Below are positions 1 through 10,494 of a stretch of 41,573 nt of DNA, piece after piece (the stretch's first letter is position 1; every line of letters starts with the position of its first letter). The stretch comes from Fidelibacterota bacterium (GTDB lineage Bacteria; Fidelibacterota; Marinisomatia; Marinisomatales; UBA2128). The notes under the pieces are model-generated. The model ran no database searches. It was not told the DNA's origin and saw only the letters and a list, made by a program, of their open reading frames with translations. A program made the translations under genes and the position numbers. The DNA lies in contig JBHHUM010000013.1 in assembly GCA_046861645.1 (NCBI GenBank), forward strand, positions 1 to 41,573. The letters are read 5' to 3'.

Positions 1-953
1 TTCCGCCACCACGCTTTATTCTCCACATACCAATCAATTGTTCTCCGAATTCCTTCAGAAAAGTCATACTTTGGGTTCCATCCAAGCTGCTGAAGTTTTC
101 CGATGCTAAGTGCATATCGCCGGTCGTGTCCTTTACGATCTTCCACGAATCTAATCAGACTTTCCGGTTTTTCCAGATGATCCAGAATGAGCTTTGTAAT
201 GTTAATATTCTGCATTTCGTTTCCACCACCAATGTTGTACGTTTCACCCGGTGTACCGTTACTCATAATAAAATGAAGGGCACTGCAGTGGTCTTCCACG
301 TAGAGCCAGTCACGTACATTTTTCCCATCACCATAAAGGGGCAGAGGCTGGTCCTCCAGGGCATTGGTGACGAACAGCGGAATAAGTTTTTCCGGATACT
401 GATTTGGTCCATAATTGTTGCTGGCTCTTGTCACGATGACCGGCAGCTTGTAGGTCACGAAATAGGAGTATGCCAAACGGTCGCCCCCTGCCTTACTGGC
501 TGAATAGGGATTGCTCGGCATGAGCGCGTCTGTTTCAGAAAACTCACCTTTCTCGATGCTGCCGTAAACTTCGTCTGTGCTAATCTGTACAAAAAGCTCT
601 CCGCCGTGTTTCTTCATCGCTTCCAGAAGAGTAAATACTCCGAACATATCCGTTCGAATAAAATCATCCGGTTTCCCGATTGAACGATCTACATGGCTTT
701 CTGCCGCGAAGTTGAATACAACATCCGGGCGATCATCAGAAAAGACGGCTTCTACAACTTTTTCATCACAGATATCACCACGTACAAAAGTATAACGATT
801 ATCATCTGCTAAATCGCTGAGATTCTCGGGATTACCAGCATAGGTCAACTTATCCAGATTGACCACACGGCATTCGTTCTCTTTTGCCAGAAGGTATCGA
901 ACAAAATTCGAACCGATAAATCCACAGCCACCGGTAATCAAATACGTCTTCAT
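1..953 (-). CDS. rfbB: dTDP-glucose 4,6-dehydratase (3' end runs off window)
   Basis: Not in the ORF track. Reverse strand from ATG at 953 reads MKTYLITGGCGFIGSNFVRYLLAKENECRVVNLDKLTYAGNPENL, the RmlB/RfbB N-terminus. ATGA overlap with the upstream epimerase. Confidence 0.95.
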   Translation of the reverse strand, partial: MKTYLITGGCGFIGSNFVRYLLAKENECRVVNLDKLTYAGNPENLSDLADDNRYTFVRGDICDEKVVEAVFSDDRPDVVFNFAAESHVDRSIGKPDDFIRTDMFGVFTLLEAMKKHGGELFVQISTDEVYGSIEKGEFSETDALMPSNPYSASKAGGDRLAYSYFVTYKLPVIVTRASNNYGPNQYPEKLIPLFVTNALEDQPLPLYGDGKNVRDWLYVEDHCSALHFIMSNGTPGETYNIGGGNEMQNINITKLILDHLEKPESLIRFVEDRKGHDRRYALSIGKLQQLGWNPKYDFSEGIRRTIDWYVENKAWWR

Positions 954-1435
954 GATACTGAATTCCAATCAAACCCTATAGCTGGATCATTCCAGGGTAT
1001 CCGCTCTTCGTCAGGAGAATCAAAATTGTAGCTTTTAGTGGTGTGATAAAATAGCATAACCGGTTCTTCGCTGATAACCTTATATCCGTGCGCTACTCCA
1101 GTAGGGATGAGTATTAACTTATAATCATCTTCACCGGCTGGAATCACTTGAGTCACACCAAAGGTATCAGAATCCTCGCGTAGGTCATGCAGGACAACGG
1201 CGGCCCTCCCAGAGGCAATGAACCACAGATCGTCCTGTTTCTTGTGCCAATGAAATGCTTTGATTGTATTTTTGTAGGCTACGGTGAAAGTTGTCTGTCC
1301 AAACTTGGTGAGAAGCTTGTCATCATCTCGAAGGACTTCCATGAGAAAGCCCGGTTCTACAGTGCCGTCTTCCCTGTCAGGTATATCCCTGTGTACAATG
1401 AGCTGCTTAATTTTTACACCGGTGATATTACTCAT
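950..1435 (-). CDS. rfbC: dTDP-4-dehydrorhamnose 3,5-epimerase family (RmlC/SpsL-like cupin)
   Basis: KAFHWHKKQDD, DLREDSDTFG, IPTGVAHGY and WNDPAIGFDW motifs; adjacent to rfbB. Confidence 0.85.
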   Translation of the reverse strand: MSNITGVKIKQLIVHRDIPDREDGTVEPGFLMEVLRDDDKLLTKFGQTTFTVAYKNTIKAFHWHKKQDDLWFIASGRAAVVLHDLREDSDTFGVTQVIPAGEDDYKLILIPTGVAHGYKVISEEPVMLFYHTTKSYNFDSPDEERIPWNDPAIGFDWNSVS

Positions 1436-2748
1436 TTCACATTCGGTCTGCCGACATTCTCATAGACAAAACCGTTTCTCTTGAGTTCTCTTGGATCAAG
1501 AACATTACGAGCATCAATAATGATATTCCCACGCATGAGTTCCGCCACACTCATCAGATCCATCCCCCGGAATTCATGCCATTCCGTCATTACTATCGAG
1601 CCATCCACCCCACTGACAGCTTCTTCAAGTGTGATACAATAATTTAAATCGGGAATTACTAACCTCATATTTTCCATGCCTTCAGGATCATAAACTTTTA
1701 CATTCCCGTTTCGAGCGAGTATGTACCGTATTACTGGGATAGCAGGTGAATTGCGAACATCATCGGTATTAGCTTTAAAAGTCAAACCCAGCACAGCGAT
1801 AATCCTGCCGTCAAGACTATCATCAAAAAGTTTATCAAGCTTAGTAGTTATCCTTCGCCATTGTACATTGTTAGCAGAAATGGCAGCATTGACGACTTGC
1901 ATTTCAATATTATGCTCAGAAGCCATCTGTGTTAGTGCTCTAGTATCTTTGGGAAAGCAAGAGCCACCAAAACCCGGTCCAGGGTGTAAAAATTTTGGAC
2001 TGATCCTTCCATCCAGACCCATGCCACGGGCCACCACATGTACATCTGCACCAGTGGTATCACATAGATTTGCCAGTTCATTAATATAGGATATTTTCAC
2101 TGCTAAGAAAGCGTTGGAAGCATATTTTATCGTCTCTGCTGTAACCACATCCGTGGATACAATGGGGGTTTCATTTATAAAAAGAGGACGATATACCTGA
2201 TTCATCACATATTTAGCTTTCTCTGAATCACAACCGATAACAATACGATCTGGTATCAGAAAATCTTTTACTGCTGATCCTTCCCTAAGAAATTCAGGAT
2301 TAGAAACGACATCAAATTCATGAGAGCCACCAGAGGCTTCCTCAACGATTTTTCTAATTACTTTGCCCGTACCTATAGGTACAGTACTTTTGGTACAAAT
2401 GACTTTATAGCCATTAAGATTTTCCCCAATCGTCTTTGCAACTGACTTAACTGCAGTTAGATCAGCAGATCCATCTTTACCCTTAGGAGTCCATACAGCA
2501 ATGAAAACTACCTCTGAATTTTTTACACTTTCGGCAATCTCCGTACTGAAAGATAGTCTTCCTACAGATACATTTCTATCTACCAGATCCTTAAGCCCGG
2601 GCTCGTAAATGGGAATTTCTCCAGCTATCAACCTATTTATTTTATCTACATTGATATCTGTACAAACCACATGATTACCAAAATCCGATAAGCCAGTACC
2701 GGTAACTAAACCTACATAACCAGTACCTATTACAGTAATGCGCTTCAC
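1432..2748 (-). CDS. ugd: UDP-glucose 6-dehydrogenase
   Basis: GTGYVG Rossmann motif, KSTVPIGT, SNPEFLREG and catalytic GFGGSCFPKD. Confidence 0.95.
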   Translation of the reverse strand: MKRITVIGTGYVGLVTGTGLSDFGNHVVCTDINVDKINRLIAGEIPIYEPGLKDLVDRNVSVGRLSFSTEIAESVKNSEVVFIAVWTPKGKDGSADLTAVKSVAKTIGENLNGYKVICTKSTVPIGTGKVIRKIVEEASGGSHEFDVVSNPEFLREGSAVKDFLIPDRIVIGCDSEKAKYVMNQVYRPLFINETPIVSTDVVTAETIKYASNAFLAVKISYINELANLCDTTGADVHVVARGMGLDGRISPKFLHPGPGFGGSCFPKDTRALTQMASEHNIEMQVVNAAISANNVQWRRITTKLDKLFDDSLDGRIIAVLGLTFKANTDDVRNSPAIPVIRYILARNGNVKVYDPEGMENMRLVIPDLNYCITLEEAVSGVDGSIVMTEWHEFRGMDLMSVAELMRGNIIIDARNVLDPRELKRNGFVYENVGRPNVK

Positions 2749-2773
2749 ATCTCTCCCGCTTCAGTCTTGACGT

Positions 2774-2802
2774 AAAATATCAATTCCATTTATGAAAGTC
2801 AA
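2774..2802 (-). promoter_or_regulatory. putative sigma70-type promoter of ugd-rfbC-rfbB
   Basis: TTGACT-N17-TATTTT on the minus strand upstream of ugd. Confidence 0.5.
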
Positions 2803-2817
2803 ACCCTTTGACCCGGG

Positions 2818-4953
2818 CTATTGAAGACCCCATCTCCTACGTAATATCCATTCTAATGTTAATAGAATAAGAATAACAATTAAAAATTGAATCTGATGAC
2901 TCAAATTTTTAGTTGTAGTGAAAACGTCCTCTCTGGGACTAAGTTCCAAATTGTTAACGACCTCTTTTCTTTGAGCCCAGGAATAATATGAACCTCCACT
3001 CTGAAATGCTAATGTCTCAAGTATTTGTTGGGCAAGATACACTCTATTCAATTCCACCTGACTCTCCACCACTGAAAAATAACCTGATGTCTGCTGTTGT
3101 ATTTTGCCTTCTTGAACCACTGAAATAACATATTGGTACTCTCCTGGTTTAAAAGCATGGAATCTCCCCTGCCATTGATTCTCATTTTTTTCGTAAATGA
3201 GAGGTATCGATTCACTACCACTTTCCCCTGAGACCGTCATCATGACCTGAAGGGTATACGGTGCTGTTTCGTCAAGTGATAAAACCGTTCCAAGAACGAC
3301 TACTGGCTCACCATGCTGAAAATTGGATTTATTTAATCTGAAGTAAAGAGTCTCTTCTCCTGTCGTACCAGCCAACCAATTAAAAAGTCGTTTCCACCAT
3401 ATAGTTATAAACTGATGTTCATCCAAGCGGAGTGTCTTAAAATACAACGACCACAGTTCCTTAGATAGAAAAGCAGCAACACGTCGATTAATGCTGTTGT
3501 CATTATCTCGAGTGAATCCAAGGGTAAATAATGGCATTGTTGACGTTCCTTCTAGAATTAATGCTACTTTAACAGAGTTTGTCTTCGGTTCAGCAGAAAC
3601 TGTTAATGATAGTGGAGGCAGGGAAAGTGTTTCAAATTGGGCTGCAAACCCTGAGAAGACAGGATGCATAAATGCATTATGATAAAATATTGGTCTTCCC
3701 TCAATTCCAACATTTTCTCCATGGGACTCCTGTAAACCCAGTAACACAAGTATTTCCTTTAGTTGCTGGTCATTTGTACTCGGACCTGCAACGAAAACTA
3801 AAGCACTATTTTCTCTGCTTAACTTTTTTCGTAAATCTGCTGCCCATCGACTACTCATATTATTACTGGGTGCATTATCCAGTACTATCAGATCATATTC
3901 TGTTCGCCAAAAGAGCGCAATGGGAATTGACCAACCAGCTTTCATTCTAATATAATGATCTATATTGAATTTCTCCTCACTTTCTAAAATCTGCTTCAAA
4001 ATACTGGTGTTGGGAGAAGCTGCACCGGTAATTAAAGCTACACGGAAATGGTCTCGAAGGACGTTAATCCTAAATGAACTATGATTATTTTCAATATTGG
4101 TCTCTCGTCGGAGTGAAGATACCTGAACATTATATTTATTCTCACCTAATTCATTTAATTGAAACTGAAATCTTACTGATCGTAAAGATCCATCACCGGA
4201 GATAGTGATTGTTTTGGTTCCCAGGACTTCCTTTGCCTTTCGTAAGGTAACATGTACTTTTTCGTGAAAATCACCTACCGCTGAAACAATTGCTTCTACT
4301 GTCACTTGTTCCCCACGGACTGCAACAGTCGGAGCCTTTATCCTTTCGAGATGAATATCCACCATCGGGGTTAGTTCTCCCACGCCTACGACATGAATCG
4401 GTACCTCCAAACCAGGGTCAACATTTGTAGGCTTAATCCCACTTGTAACTTGACCATCAGTAACCAGTATAATACCTGATAAATAACTATCGGTGAACCC
4501 TTCCTCTTCTTTCTCAAAGATGGCAGATAGATTAGTGGATGGTTCTAAAAAATCAATATTATCAATTACTGAACTCAAATCCCTGACCTCAGAGCCAAAT
4601 GAGTGAAGCTTGATTAAAACATCACCAGGGGACTCAACAGATTTTTTTTGTACAGCTGCTACTATTTCTTCATAACCGATCCTGAGGACATCTGGAGAAA
4701 GAGAAGGATGATGGGCAACACTTACAGAATTATCAAAGTAAATCCTGATTTCAGGTACTTTTCTCAGAATCAAATTTTGTGAAAAATTCAAGTCTGCAAC
4801 CAGTAACAGAAGAATTCCAAAAATCGTTAAACGTAACGTAAGAAGAGCTTGCCACCCTTTCCTATTACTACTTCGCATCTTGCTGTAGGATAAATAGGCA
4901 ACAAACGTGAAAATTATTAAAAGTAGAAAAAAAGTCCAGAAAGATGAGTTCAT
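2818..4953 (-). CDS. VWA-like/CARDB-domain membrane-anchored protein of unknown function
   Basis: N-terminal TM helices, DNSVSV MIDAS-like motif, ILVTDG, and C-terminal LLTLEWILRRRWGL typical of this family. Confidence 0.7.
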   Translation of the reverse strand: MNSSFWTFFLLLIIFTFVAYLSYSKMRSSNRKGWQALLTLRLTIFGILLLLVADLNFSQNLILRKVPEIRIYFDNSVSVAHHPSLSPDVLRIGYEEIVAAVQKKSVESPGDVLIKLHSFGSEVRDLSSVIDNIDFLEPSTNLSAIFEKEEEGFTDSYLSGIILVTDGQVTSGIKPTNVDPGLEVPIHVVGVGELTPMVDIHLERIKAPTVAVRGEQVTVEAIVSAVGDFHEKVHVTLRKAKEVLGTKTITISGDGSLRSVRFQFQLNELGENKYNVQVSSLRRETNIENNHSSFRINVLRDHFRVALITGAASPNTSILKQILESEEKFNIDHYIRMKAGWSIPIALFWRTEYDLIVLDNAPSNNMSSRWAADLRKKLSRENSALVFVAGPSTNDQQLKEILVLLGLQESHGENVGIEGRPIFYHNAFMHPVFSGFAAQFETLSLPPLSLTVSAEPKTNSVKVALILEGTSTMPLFTLGFTRDNDNSINRRVAAFLSKELWSLYFKTLRLDEHQFITIWWKRLFNWLAGTTGEETLYFRLNKSNFQHGEPVVVLGTVLSLDETAPYTLQVMMTVSGESGSESIPLIYEKNENQWQGRFHAFKPGEYQYVISVVQEGKIQQQTSGYFSVVESQVELNRVYLAQQILETLAFQSGGSYYSWAQRKEVVNNLELSPREDVFTTTKNLSHQIQFLIVILILLTLEWILRRRWGLQ

Positions 4954-4975
4954 AAGTATTGTTTGAAGAATAAAA

Positions 4976-5974
4976 TCAGTTCTTCAAGCTTAGATTAGGA
5001 ATTACAGATAGATCATCTGACGTTAATAAATGATTTTTTTTCAAAAAGATTTCTCCTAAAAATGCGACCATGGCACCGTTATCAGTACAGAATTCCAGGT
5101 CAGGTAAAAGAAGTTTACAGTTAGTAAGTACTTCCCTAACTTCTCTTCTGAGACGTCTATTCGCAGCGACCCCTCCCGCCAGAACAACAGTCTTAATATC
5201 GCTTTTCTGCACAGCTAACTTAAGCTTGGCAACGAGAATTGTTACGATTGATAGCTGATAACTTGCAGCAATATCAGCTACTGAAATTTGGGATGATTCT
5301 TCATGCCACTCATTAAGATAGTAGAGCAATGCTGTCTTCAACCCACTGAAGCTGAATTCAATCTCATTCGTTTGAATAAAGGCCTGGGGAAATTTGACTA
5401 CTCTTTCATCTCCCTGACGAGCAATTTCCTCGATTTCTGGGCCTCCAGGATAGGCTAATCCTAAAAGACGAGCCCCTTTATCGAAAGCCTCACCGACAGC
5501 ATCGTCCCGAGTCTCACCCAAAAGTAAATATTTCCCAATATCGTTCACCTGCCAAATCTGAGTATGTCCCCCGGATACCAGGAGGCATAAGAATGGATAT
5601 TCTAACTCTGGACAGGCGATGAAGTTCGCAAAAATGTGAGCTTCAATATGATTTATTCCAAGACACTTGATACCTAGTCCCTGGGCCAGTCCTCTGGCAA
5701 AATTAACTCCCGTCAATAATGCTCCCATAAGGCCAGGTCCTCTTGTCACTGCCACAGCATTTAATTCAGCCCTGGAAACTTCAGCCTGAACCAGGGTTTG
5801 CTTTACAACGTCAGAGAGGTGTTTTTCATGTTCACGGGAAGCAATCTCAGGTACCACACCTCCAAACTGCTCATGTGCCACCTGAACCGCTGTTAGAGAA
5901 GAAAGTATCTTCCCTTCGCGACAAATGGCTGCTGCCGTTTCATCGCAGGAAGTCTCAATGCCTAGCACAGTCAC
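4976..5974 (-). CDS. tsaD: tRNA N6-adenosine threonylcarbamoyltransferase
   Basis: LGIETSCDET, GGVVPEIASREH, HIEAH, SGGHT, FSFSGLKT and CTDNGAM motifs. Confidence 0.97.
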   Translation of the reverse strand: MTVLGIETSCDETAAAICREGKILSSLTAVQVAHEQFGGVVPEIASREHEKHLSDVVKQTLVQAEVSRAELNAVAVTRGPGLMGALLTGVNFARGLAQGLGIKCLGINHIEAHIFANFIACPELEYPFLCLLVSGGHTQIWQVNDIGKYLLLGETRDDAVGEAFDKGARLLGLAYPGGPEIEEIARQGDERVVKFPQAFIQTNEIEFSFSGLKTALLYYLNEWHEESSQISVADIAASYQLSIVTILVAKLKLAVQKSDIKTVVLAGGVAANRRLRREVREVLTNCKLLLPDLEFCTDNGAMVAFLGEIFLKKNHLLTSDDLSVIPNLSLKN

Positions 5975-6951
5975 TCGCGTACCCTGGTGACAACTAACTC
6001 GATATTCTTCGGAGAAAGATCTGAAAAACCGAGAATATCAGTTGGTACTTCTACCTTTGGCTCATAATAGGACTGATCACGCTGCCACTGTAAGAAATCG
6101 ATTGTAACATTGATATCTTTAGGATCAACTTGGGCGATATAATCTACTCCACCCTTTACAGTTAATGAGACGACCGAAGGATTGGGATAAACCTTCAACT
6201 CGGCAGGTTCATTTAACAGTTGTACCGGGATTTCAGTTAAGATCCTTTCACCTATACTCTGGATATCGGCTCTGACCGTCACGGTAGAAGGCGATACCTC
6301 AACAGTTTGGGGAAAATTGAAATCTAAATCCACCATTACATTCAAGTCGGTACTGAGTCCTTTGAATTCCTGCCTTTTTGTCGAAATCATTCGTACCGGC
6401 ATAACCTCAGTCTTCGGACCCTTCAACTCGATGCTCCTGGGGGAATAAGTCAATCCTCCCACCTGTACAAATCCCGGAGCTGGCTGTATTGATATGTTGA
6501 TACGTACGGGCACTGCCCGTTCGGCATTATCATCAAGGGCAATATGAACTGAATCTGGTTGTACTACACTAATATATTTGATATCAAATCCCTCAGGTAT
6601 GACTACTTTCTCCGGGTGATCCTTGTAATAATTGTTCAGATCAAAATCATATTCAGTTTTAATTCTATCTAGGTCCAAAACCAGCTTTAAATTGGAAAGT
6701 GACTTCAAAAGAATGGCTTGGAATAGAGCTCGTCCGGTCCCATGGAAACGTACTTCCGCAGTTGGTACAATTTCTGCACTCAAGGTTTTACGAGCTGGTA
6801 TATTTCTGATTTCAATGGGGACATCAAGAGTATGGACATATTCCCGTTCAGAAACTACCAGCAGCCATAACAACAAAGCGAAAAAAAAGGCACCTACCCA
6901 AAGCTTTAAGTGCCCCTCTTTCCAAAATTGCTTGATCCCGGGGAGTTTCAT
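5971..6951 (-). CDS. YbbR/CdaR-like domain protein
   Basis: Single N-terminal TM helix (FFFALLLWLLV) followed by repeated beta-rich YbbR-like units. Confidence 0.75.
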   Translation of the reverse strand: MKLPGIKQFWKEGHLKLWVGAFFFALLLWLLVVSEREYVHTLDVPIEIRNIPARKTLSAEIVPTAEVRFHGTGRALFQAILLKSLSNLKLVLDLDRIKTEYDFDLNNYYKDHPEKVVIPEGFDIKYISVVQPDSVHIALDDNAERAVPVRINISIQPAPGFVQVGGLTYSPRSIELKGPKTEVMPVRMISTKRQEFKGLSTDLNVMVDLDFNFPQTVEVSPSTVTVRADIQSIGERILTEIPVQLLNEPAELKVYPNPSVVSLTVKGGVDYIAQVDPKDINVTIDFLQWQRDQSYYEPKVEVPTDILGFSDLSPKNIELVVTRVRE

Positions 6952-6986
6952 GAACCTGTTAAAGATCCCCCAGGTTAATGTCCATA

Positions 6987-8969
6987 TTACTTACCAGCTT
7001 TTTCATCCTCCACTACTTTAACATCTTTATCCTGATCATTGTTTTCTTCACCGACAGGTTTTTCCTTTTCCTGGCTGATAGTTTCATCCTCGTTGGTTTC
7101 TACTTTATTCTTTTCGTCCACTGGGATTTTGTCAGGTCTCTCCGTAGTTGATTCCACCTTTTCAGTGGATTCAATGCTTTTATCTTTCATTGGAAATTCT
7201 TCCAGTTTTAAAATCACTTTCTTATCCTCTGGACTTACTTCAGTCACTTCACATTCCAGCTTAGTACCCTCAACAAAGCGCCCTAGAATACTTTTGCGCT
7301 CATTCTGGGGAAAGGTCCTGATGGGAATGATGCCTTCCACATCCAACTCCATATGTAAAATAAGCCCCTTATCCAAAACACGTATGATTTCTCCAATCAC
7401 TTTCTTACCCACTTCGAAATGATCCAATATGTCCGGCCAGGGATCGGGTTCAAGCTGTTTCAAACCGAGGGCGATGCGGCGATTCTGGTGGGATACTTCC
7501 AGTACTTCTACTTCTAACTCTTGTCCGATCTCCACAACCTCCTTCGGATGACGAATTACTTTTGTCCAAGAGAGATCAGATACATGTATGAGACCATCGA
7601 CCCCCTCTTCCAGTTCTACAAACGCTCCAAACTGCGCCAGATTTCGGACTTTTCCTTTCTGACGACTGCCCACGGGATATTTCTCTTCAATATTTTCCCA
7701 AGGATCAGGTTCCAACTGTTTGAATCCCAAGGCAATCTTTCTCTCTTCAGTATTAATATTAAGTACTTGGGCTTCGACTTCGTCGTTAAGTTGGACCACC
7801 TCGGAGGGATGGTGAATATTTCTACCCCAGGACATCTCAGATACATGAACCAAACCCTCTATGCCCTTTTCGATTTCAACGAAGGCTCCATAGTTGGTGA
7901 TACTTACAACTTTTCCTTTTACATTGGTACCCACTGGATATTTTTCAGTGATACCATCCCAAGGATGAGGTACAAGTTGTTTCAATCCAAGAGAGATTCT
8001 CTGTCGCTCCAGATCAATGTCAATTACTTTGACGGATATTTCTTCGCCTACTTCCACCAATTCTGAGGGATGTTTTACTCTTCCCCAGGAGAGATCTGTG
8101 ATATGAAGTAGCCCATCAAATCCACCCAGATCAATAAAAACACCGAAATCCGTAATATTCTTCACCCGTCCGTCAAGGATACTCCCTACTTCAATTTCTT
8201 TCAGAAGCGATTCCCGTTTTTCCATGAGGCTATCTTCCTGTAAAGCTTTCCGAGAGAGGACAATATTCTTTCGCAGTTTATTGACCTTCACAACCTTGAA
8301 TTCCATCTCTTTCCCAATCAACTCATCGAAATCTGGCACCGGGTGCACATCGACTTGAGAGCCGGGTAAAAAGGCTTGAATACCATCAACTTCAACAATC
8401 ATACCTCCCTTGATTCTTCGGGAAATAGTACCCAGTACAGTACCACCACTGGCATAGGTTTCCAGAATATTATTCCAGGTACGAAACCAATCAGCCTTAT
8501 CTTTAGATAGAATGGTCTGACCATTCTCATCTTCTAAATGTTCCAGATAAACTTCAACAATATCTCCTATGGCAGGCATATTTTCACTGGAAAATTCTGA
8601 TCGAGGGATGACGCCTTCAGATTTGAAACCGATATCCATAATGATCTCTTTTTCGTTTTGGCCTATCACCCGACCCTTGATGATTTCCTTTCCGGCAATA
8701 TCAGTGATAGATGCGGTGTATTTATCTAAAATAGAGGAATCGACCTGAGTGCTTAAATCTTCAGCATTATCTAATTCAGAGACATCGATCTCTCTTATCT
8801 CAGCAAATAGTTCAGGATCAAGATAGTCAATTACAGCACCATTTCCTTCCTCAGTTGGACTGTCGGACTCTTCGATAATTTCTTCTGTTTCGGCTATTGA
8901 TACTACTTCATCAACCTGAATGTCTTCTTGAATTCCTTCAGATTCATTCAGTAGCTTTTCTTCACTCAT
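6987..8969 (-). CDS. rpsA: 30S ribosomal protein S1
   Basis: Repeated S1 domains (AFLPGSQVD, DGLLHITDLSW, EGLVHVSEMSW); directly downstream of cmk. Confidence 0.97.
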   Translation of the reverse strand: MSEEKLLNESEGIQEDIQVDEVVSIAETEEIIEESDSPTEEGNGAVIDYLDPELFAEIREIDVSELDNAEDLSTQVDSSILDKYTASITDIAGKEIIKGRVIGQNEKEIIMDIGFKSEGVIPRSEFSSENMPAIGDIVEVYLEHLEDENGQTILSKDKADWFRTWNNILETYASGGTVLGTISRRIKGGMIVEVDGIQAFLPGSQVDVHPVPDFDELIGKEMEFKVVKVNKLRKNIVLSRKALQEDSLMEKRESLLKEIEVGSILDGRVKNITDFGVFIDLGGFDGLLHITDLSWGRVKHPSELVEVGEEISVKVIDIDLERQRISLGLKQLVPHPWDGITEKYPVGTNVKGKVVSITNYGAFVEIEKGIEGLVHVSEMSWGRNIHHPSEVVQLNDEVEAQVLNINTEERKIALGFKQLEPDPWENIEEKYPVGSRQKGKVRNLAQFGAFVELEEGVDGLIHVSDLSWTKVIRHPKEVVEIGQELEVEVLEVSHQNRRIALGLKQLEPDPWPDILDHFEVGKKVIGEIIRVLDKGLILHMELDVEGIIPIRTFPQNERKSILGRFVEGTKLECEVTEVSPEDKKVILKLEEFPMKDKSIESTEKVESTTERPDKIPVDEKNKVETNEDETISQEKEKPVGEENNDQDKDVKVVEDEKAGK

Positions 8970-9666
8970 CTATTTTTGTTTCTCTCCTTCCAGACAGGTA
9001 CTCTTCCACCTTTTCAACGATGAAAGTAACCTGTTCATTAATGGTTAGATCTGTAGTATTAACAACAATTGCATCATCAGCCTTCATCAGGGGTGAAAAT
9101 GTCCTGCTGGAATCGATGCCATCCCGTCGTTGCAGATCACTGATTATTTCTTCTATGGAAAGTTTAATTCCCAGTTCTTTTAAATCTTCCTGCCTTCTCT
9201 TAGCTCTCACCTTGTAACTGGCTGTTATGTAAAACTTCAGTTCGGCTTGGGGAAATACCACAGTACCGATATCTCTACCTTCTACCACAGCATTTTTTCC
9301 TGTAGCTATCCTGCGTTGAATGGCAACCATCTCTTCCCTTACCGTGGGCATGGCACTAACTACACTAACATGTTTTGTTACAGCAGTTTTACGAATCTCG
9401 CGGGTGACATCCTCACCATCCAAAAACGTCTTAGATCCACTATCAGTTGCTTCGATAGAGATTACAAGATCGGGAAGAATCGCATTGACTCTCTCCTCGA
9501 TATTAGGATCAATACCAGCCTTTAGTACTGCTAAGGTGACAGCACGATACATGGCACCAGTATTAACATAAATGAAGCTGAGCTGCTCAGCTACTTTCTT
9601 TGCCGTAGTACTCTTACCTGAAGCAGCAGGTCCATCGATGGCAATGATCACAGAATCACGCCTCAA
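8962..9666 (-). CDS. cmk: cytidylate kinase
   Basis: IAIDGPAASGKST P-loop, TGAMYRA and EGRDIGTVVFP. Confidence 0.97.
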   Translation of the reverse strand: MRRDSVIIAIDGPAASGKSTTAKKVAEQLSFIYVNTGAMYRAVTLAVLKAGIDPNIEERVNAILPDLVISIEATDSGSKTFLDGEDVTREIRKTAVTKHVSVVSAMPTVREEMVAIQRRIATGKNAVVEGRDIGTVVFPQAELKFYITASYKVRAKRRQEDLKELGIKLSIEEIISDLQRRDGIDSSRTFSPLMKADDAIVVNTTDLTINEQVTFIVEKVEEYLSGRRETKIDE

Positions 9667-9724
9667 TCTGCATTATGTTGACTGACGTCTGAATCAAACA
9701 TTTCCACTTCTCAAAAAGCTTGGG

Positions 9725-9753
9725 AAGTTAACCAGTTGTTCTGGAAAACCCAA
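9725..9753 (-). promoter_or_regulatory. putative internal promoter for cmk-rpsA
   Basis: TTGGGT-N17-TAACTT in the rluB-cmk spacer. Confidence 0.4.
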
Positions 9754-9765
9754 ACACTATCACCT

Positions 9766-10494
9766 CTATACCAATGTGCTAAATGTATACTTGTGACTTT
9801 GCAGAATTTCAACTTCACCCTGTGATAGTCGCCGCCATTGACCCGGCTTTAATCCCTTGGAAGTAATCCCACCAAATGAGATTCTTTCTAAAGATAAAAC
9901 CTTAAACTTCAGAGAAGAGAATATGCGACGTACCTCCCTCTTTTTACCTTGTGTTAATACTATCTTGACTTCTATACATCCATTGTCTATGATTCTCTGA
10001 GAATGAACCTCTCCTTTACCAATCTCCCCCTCTCCAATGATTACACCCCGTCTTATCTGGTTAATGTCTTCCTTCGACAGAGTGCCCTCGATTTGAACTC
10101 GATACACTTTTTCTACTCGAAATTTGGGATGTGTCAACTGGTTAGCCAGATCACCATCATTGGTTATAAGCAAGACACCCGTAGTATCTTTGTCCAAACG
10201 TCCTATGGGAAACAGACGCTTATCTGTCTTTACCAGGTCCATCACTGTCTTACGACCTTGAGGGTCATCGACTGTAGTAATATAACCGATTGGCTTGTTG
10301 AGTACTATTACTTCTACTTTCTCAAGTCGTGTTATTACCTGATCATCAAGTAACACCCTGTCATCAAGTGCGAGCAATCGAAAAGGATTCTTCTCCACAA
10401 CATTATTGACTACAACCCGTCCTGATCGGATTATATCCTCACACTTCCTTCGGGCAGCTATCCCACAGGATGCCAGATACTTATTCAGTCTCAT
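9766..10494 (-). CDS. rluB: rRNA pseudouridine synthase, RluB/RsuA family
   Basis: S4 domain starting MRLNKYLA (ATG 10494 preferred), NKPIG and catalytic GRLDKDTTG; scpAB-rluB-cmk synteny. Confidence 0.88.
   Translation of the reverse strand: MRLNKYLASCGIAARRKCEDIIRSGRVVVNNVVEKNPFRLLALDDRVLLDDQVITRLEKVEVIVLNKPIGYITTVDDPQGRKTVMDLVKTDKRLFPIGRLDKDTTGVLLITNDGDLANQLTHPKFRVEKVYRVQIEGTLSKEDINQIRRGVIIGEGEIGKGEVHSQRIIDNGCIEVKIVLTQGKKREVRRIFSSLKFKVLSLERISFGGITSKGLKPGQWRRLSQGEVEILQSHKYTFSTLV

Noticed and set aside
126..795. Plus-strand ORFs 126-503 and 577-795, and the many other short antisense ORFs in the track
   Set aside because: They are shadows on the opposite strand of well-supported genes and carry no recognisable motifs.
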